Part shown: positions 33,803-37,431 of the stretch, one piece after another
How positions within the stretch are numbered: position 1 is the first letter of the stretch
Layout: every line of letters begins with the position of its first letter
Source: Planctomycetaceae bacterium
GTDB taxonomy: Bacteria; Planctomycetota; Planctomycetia; Pirellulales; UBA1268
Length of the DNA stretch: 37,431 nucleotides
Reading direction: 5' to 3'
Assembly (NCBI GenBank): GCA_046095145.1
Contig: JBJTIV010000118.1
Location: 1-37,431, forward strand
The notes under the pieces: generated by a model
Database searches by the model: none
What the model was told of the DNA's origin: nothing
What the model saw: only the letters and a program-made list of their open reading frames with translations
Translations under genes and position numbers: made by a program

Positions 33803-36441
33803 CCGCCCCGGCCGCCGTGGACGCGGCGGCTCCCCGGTCCGCGGTGGTCCGCGCGGCCGCCGCCGTCGCCGACATGCGGCGGCGGATCGCCGCGCAGCAC
33901 GCGGCCGGCGCGCCCGGACTGGCCACCTGCGGCCTGGCCAGCGATCTCGTCGACGCGGTCGTGGTGGAGGTCTGGCAGGCCGCGCTGGCGGACCTGCCGG
34001 CGGCCGATGCGGCCGCGGTCCGCGACCGCACGGCCGTGGTCGCCGTCGGCGGCTGGGGTCGGCGGGAGATGGCCCCCTTCTCCGACGTGGACCTGATGTT
34101 CCTGCACGGCGACCGCCGCGTGCCCGGCCCGCTCGCCGCGGTCGCGTCGCGCGTGCTCCAGGACCTGTTCGACGCCGGCCTGCAGGTGGGGCAGCGCGAG
34201 CGGAGCGTCGCCGAGGCGCTCCGCCCCGCGGCCGCCGACGCCACGCTCGCCACCGCCCTCGTGGACGCCCGGCCGCTCGCCGGCGACGCCCCGCTCGTGA
34301 ACCGGCTCGCGGCGCGGCTCCGCGGCCTCGTGGGCCGCCGCCGCCGCCGGATCGCCGCAGCGGTCGTCGCCGCCCGCCGCGCCGAGGCCGAGCGGTTCGG
34401 CCAGGCCACGGCCCTGATCGAGCCCAACGTGAAGCGGTCGCCCGGCGGCCTCCGGGACGTGCACCTGGCGCACTGGCTGGGCGTCGTGCTCTGCGACGCG
34501 ACGACGTGGGACGACCTCGCCCGGGTCGACGGCCTCACCCGGGCCGACGCCGTCGCCCTCCGCGACGCGGCCGAGTTCCTGGCCGCGGTCCGCACCGACC
34601 TTCATCTCGCCGCGGGCCGCGCGGCCGACGACCTCACCCGCGACCAGCAGGCGCGGATCGCGGCCGCCCGTGGGATCGGTCCGGAGGGCGGCCTGCTGGG
34701 CGTGGAGCGGTTCATGCGCGAGTACCTGGGCCATACCACGCGCGTGCAGCAGGCGGTCGACGTGCTCGTGGCGCGGCTGAGACGCCCCGGCCCGGCCCGC
34801 CGCGCCGCCGCCGGACTGCTCGGCCACCGCGTCGACGACCTGTTCCGCGTCGGACCGGGCGACGTGGCGGCGCTGCCCGGCCGGGCGGCCGAGGTGGCCG
34901 GCGACACGGCGCGGATCGTGAGGCTCGTGGACCTGGCCGGCCTCTACGATCTGCCGCTCGAGCCCGCCACCTGGGCCGAGGTGCGGCGATCCGTCCCGGC
35001 GCTGCCGCGCGAGCCCGATGCCGCGGCCGTGGCGGCCTTCCTCGGCCTGTTCGCCCGGCCCGAGAGCCTGGCTGCGGCGCTCCGCAGGCTGCACGAGGTG
35101 GGCGTGCTCGAGATCCTCGTGCCGCCGTTCGCCCACGCCCGGCACCTGCTGCAGTTCAACAACTATCACAAGTACACCGTCGACGAGCACTCGATCCGCA
35201 CGGTCGAGTGCCTCGCGGCCGGTGCCGATGCCGACGACTGGCTGGGCGAGGCGTGGCGGGAGTTGCCGCGGCACCGCCCGCTCCTGCTCGCCGCGCTGCT
35301 GCACGACCTGGGCAAGGGATTCGTGGAGGACCACTCCGAGGTCGGCGCGCGGCTGGCGCGGCTCGTGGCCGCGCGGCTGGGACTGCCCGCCGACGAGGCG
35401 GACCTCGTCGAGTTCCTCGTGCGGCAGCACCTGGCCATGGCCCACCTGGCCTTCCGGCGCGACGCGGGCGACGAGAGCATCGTGGTGGGCTTCGCCCGCA
35501 CCGTGGGCGCGCCCGAGACGCTGCGGATGCTCGCCCTGCTCACGGCCGCCGACGTGGCGGCGGTCGGCCCCGGCACCTGGACGCGCTGGAAGGCGGACCT
35601 GCTCGGCGACCTCTACGACCACACGCTGGCGCGGCTCGACGGCGAGCGGCCCCCGCCCCACGCCGACCGCGCCCGGCGCAGACTCGGCGCGCTGCTCGCG
35701 GGCCGCCCCGCCGACGATCCGGTCGTGCGGCTGGCCGGCCGGCTGCCCGCGGCGCTGTTTCGCGACACGCCGCCGGAGCAGCTCGTCGTGGAGCTGTCGC
35801 GGCTCGCCCGCCTCCCCGCCGACGGCATCTTCGTGGCGGCCCGCTGGCAGCCCGAGACGTCGACCGTGGCGGTGACCGTGGGCACCCGCGAGGACGTGGC
35901 GGCCGGCATCTTCCACCGCGTCGCCGCGGCCCTGGCCGCCGAGCGGCTGGAGGTGCTCGCGGCCGACATCCACACGCTCGACGACGGGCTGGTGATCGAC
36001 CACTTCACGACGCTCGACCCCGACTTCGCGGGCGCGCCGCCCCCCGACCGGCTCGCCGACGTGGCCGAGGCGATCCGCGCGGCGCTCAAGGCCGCGGAGC
36101 CGCCGACGTGCGGCCGGCGCTGGAACCCCTTCGCCCCGCGGCCCGCGGCCCTCGCTACGCCGCCGCCGCGGGTGTCGATCGACGCCGTGAGTTCGGCGGA
36201 GGCGACGATCGTGGAGGTGTTCGCCACCGACGCGCCGGGCCTGCTCCACGCGGTGGCACGGGAGATCTTCGCCGCGGGGCTGTCGGTCCGATCGGCGCGG
36301 ATCGGCACGCACCTCGACCAGGTCGTCGACGCCTTCCACGTCACCGACGCCGACGGGTCGAAGCCCACCGATCCCGGCCGGCTCGCGGCCCTGCGCCGCG
36401 CGCTCGAGGCCGCGGCGGCGCCCGTGACCGGCCCGGGATGA
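33799..36441 (+). CDS. glnD: [Protein-PII] uridylyltransferase/uridylyl-removing enzyme
   Basis: The nucleotidyltransferase motif (GGWGRREMAPFSDVDLMFL), the HD domain (HKYTVDEHS...LLHDLGKG) and two C-terminal ACT-like domains support the call. The ATG overlaps the upstream TGA (ATGA). Confidence 0.9.
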   Translation: MTAPAAVDAAAPRSAVVRAAAAVADMRRRIAAQHAAGAPGLATCGLASDLVDAVVVEVWQAALADLPAADAAAVRDRTAVVAVGGWGRREMAPFSDVDLMFLHGDRRVPGPLAAVASRVLQDLFDAGLQVGQRERSVAEALRPAAADATLATALVDARPLAGDAPLVNRLAARLRGLVGRRRRRIAAAVVAARRAEAERFGQATALIEPNVKRSPGGLRDVHLAHWLGVVLCDATTWDDLARVDGLTRADAVALRDAAEFLAAVRTDLHLAAGRAADDLTRDQQARIAAARGIGPEGGLLGVERFMREYLGHTTRVQQAVDVLVARLRRPGPARRAAAGLLGHRVDDLFRVGPGDVAALPGRAAEVAGDTARIVRLVDLAGLYDLPLEPATWAEVRRSVPALPREPDAAAVAAFLGLFARPESLAAALRRLHEVGVLEILVPPFAHARHLLQFNNYHKYTVDEHSIRTVECLAAGADADDWLGEAWRELPRHRPLLLAALLHDLGKGFVEDHSEVGARLARLVAARLGLPADEADLVEFLVRQHLAMAHLAFRRDAGDESIVVGFARTVGAPETLRMLALLTAADVAAVGPGTWTRWKADLLGDLYDHTLARLDGERPPPHADRARRRLGALLAGRPADDPVVRLAGRLPAALFRDTPPEQLVVELSRLARLPADGIFVAARWQPETSTVAVTVGTREDVAAGIFHRVAAALAAERLEVLAADIHTLDDGLVIDHFTTLDPDFAGAPPPDRLADVAEAIRAALKAAEPPTCGRRWNPFAPRPAALATPPPRVSIDAVSSAEATIVEVFATDAPGLLHAVAREIFAAGLSVRSARIGTHLDQVVDAFHVTDADGSKPTDPGRLAALRRALEAAAAPVTGPG

Positions 36442-36459
36442 CGCGCCGCCCCGCGGGCG

Positions 36460-37308
36460 TCAGCCGTCGTCGCGCCGCGTCGCGATGCGGGCGAGCAGCC
36501 GCCGGCCGGCGTCGGGAAACCACGCGATGAGCCCGGCGAGCAGCCGCGCCCGGGCGGGCACGACGAGTTCGCTCGTGCGGCGACGGCAGGCGTCGAGCAC
36601 GCGGTCGGCGAGCCGGTCAGGGTCGAGCCGCGCGAGGCGGGTCGTGCCGCCCGGCGCCGCGGCGGAGGCGGGCAGTCCGGCCGCCGCGGCCTCGGCGGCG
36701 TAGCGGTCGACAGTCTCCGCGACGGCCGGGTCGTCCGCGGCGCGGCGGATCGGCCCCGGCGACACGAGCAGCACGTGAACGCCCCGCGGGGCGAGTTCCA
36801 CCCGGACAGCGTCGGCGTAGGCGGCCAGCGCCGCCTTGGCCACGCTGTAGGGCCCCATGAAGGGCAGCACGAACTTGCCCGCCAGGCTGCCCACGTAGAC
36901 CAGGTGCCCCCGCGCCGCGGCCACGTCGTCGGCCGCCGCCCGCGTGAGCTCCACCGCCGCGAGCAGGTTGGCGTCGAGGTATTCCTGGAGCGCTTCGCCG
37001 GAGGTGTCGAGCGTCCGCGCGCGGCCGGAGCGGCCCACGCAGAAAACGACGTCGTCGAGGCCGCCGAGGATGGCGAGTGCCTCGCCCACCACGCGGGTGC
37101 CCTCCCCCGGCCGGCGCAGGTCGGCCGCGGTGCCGCGGACGCGGTCGCCGCCGGCGCCGCGCTCGCAGGCCTCGAGCGCCCGCCGCACGCCGTGGCTGGA
37201 GCGGCCCACCACGAGCGGACGGGCGCCGGCGGCCGCCAGGTGCCGGGCCAGCACGAGGCCGAAGCCGGCCGTGCCTCCCGCCACGATCACCCGCCGGTCG
37301 CGCCACAT
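36460..37308 (-). CDS. Short-chain dehydrogenase/reductase
   Basis: VIVAGGTAGFGLVLA is the TGxxxGxG-type motif, and the catalytic YSVAKAA (YxxxK) is present. ATG 37308 is preceded by GGAGG. The in-frame extension to GTG 37422 is unsupported. Confidence 0.85.
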   Translation of the reverse strand: MWRDRRVIVAGGTAGFGLVLARHLAAAGARPLVVGRSSHGVRRALEACERGAGGDRVRGTAADLRRPGEGTRVVGEALAILGGLDDVVFCVGRSGRARTLDTSGEALQEYLDANLLAAVELTRAAADDVAAARGHLVYVGSLAGKFVLPFMGPYSVAKAALAAYADAVRVELAPRGVHVLLVSPGPIRRAADDPAVAETVDRYAAEAAAAGLPASAAAPGGTTRLARLDPDRLADRVLDACRRRTSELVVPARARLLAGLIAWFPDAGRRLLARIATRRDDG

Positions 37309-37431
37309 GCCCAGCGCCTCCGAATGCGACGCGGGTCGCCATGTCCCGCCGACGGCGAGAGTGTAGTCTGTGTCGGCCCGCGACCGGCCGCGGGTCCGCA
37401 GCAGTTCCTTGAGCAGCCGCACCTCGACCGC

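Noticed and set aside
37309-37431. Extension of the SDR gene to GTG 37422, or the end of another upstream gene
   Set aside because: A GGAGG box sits directly before ATG 37308, where the Rossmann motif begins. All three minus-strand frames are open here, so no separate gene end can be placed. I left it unannotated.
1-37431. A search for defence islands, prophage, toxin-antitoxin pairs, recombinases or invertases, secretion systems or biosynthetic clusters that could form a novel system
   Set aside because: Every sizeable ORF with coding-like composition is either a recognisable housekeeping gene or an isolated hypothetical protein. I could not support any cluster of that kind from the sequence.

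Overview
This is a dense, roughly 70% GC chromosomal segment made up almost entirely of housekeeping genes. The gene content and protein architectures look Planctomycetota-like, but that is an inference with no search behind it.

I support about 40 coding regions:
- The proximal F0 part of an atp operon (atpZ-atpI-atpB-atpE plus a disrupted atpF).
- corA, a rhodanese-sufE-ROK kinase run, and ettA.
- ispH, a squalene/phytoene synthase, and an OmpR/HisKA two-component pair followed by a PNP_UDP-type nucleosidase.
- guaA, surE, a Ser/Thr kinase, ilvD, and btaA-like and btaB-like betaine-lipid genes.
- guaB, an RpoD-like sigma factor, trxA, a YhdH-type oxidoreductase, proC, a PduO-type adenosyltransferase, glnD and an SDR.
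- Several lineage-specific hypothetical proteins.

I found no rRNA, tRNA, CRISPR array, transposase, integrase or recombinase. I see no self-contained novel multi-gene system.

Four structural signals stand out:
1. A 136-bp segment flanked by 23/24-nt inverted repeats carries the start codon and catalytic motif I of a YihX-like HAD phosphatase. It currently points the wrong way, so the HAD gene is decapitated and its 5' end is fused in frame to ilvD. This has the architecture of an invertible DNA switch.
2. A second coding-strand switch lies inside atpF near position 290, and it runs off the left edge of the window.
3. A roughly 130-nt highly structured palindromic repeat occurs three times, always after a plus-strand stop codon (twice between convergent 3' ends). 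It shows compensatory base changes in three stems, and its hairpin loops read GGA on the minus strand.
4. The hexamer AGTATA (TATACT on the minus strand) appears to occur only five times, each time 29-96 nt upstream of a minus-strand start codon. In addition, three genes have a -10-like hexamer 6-8 nt from the ATG, which suggests leaderless transcripts.

The long ORFs in the supplied track that lie antisense to recognisable genes are high-GC artefacts. The track also displays GTG and TTG starts as M.
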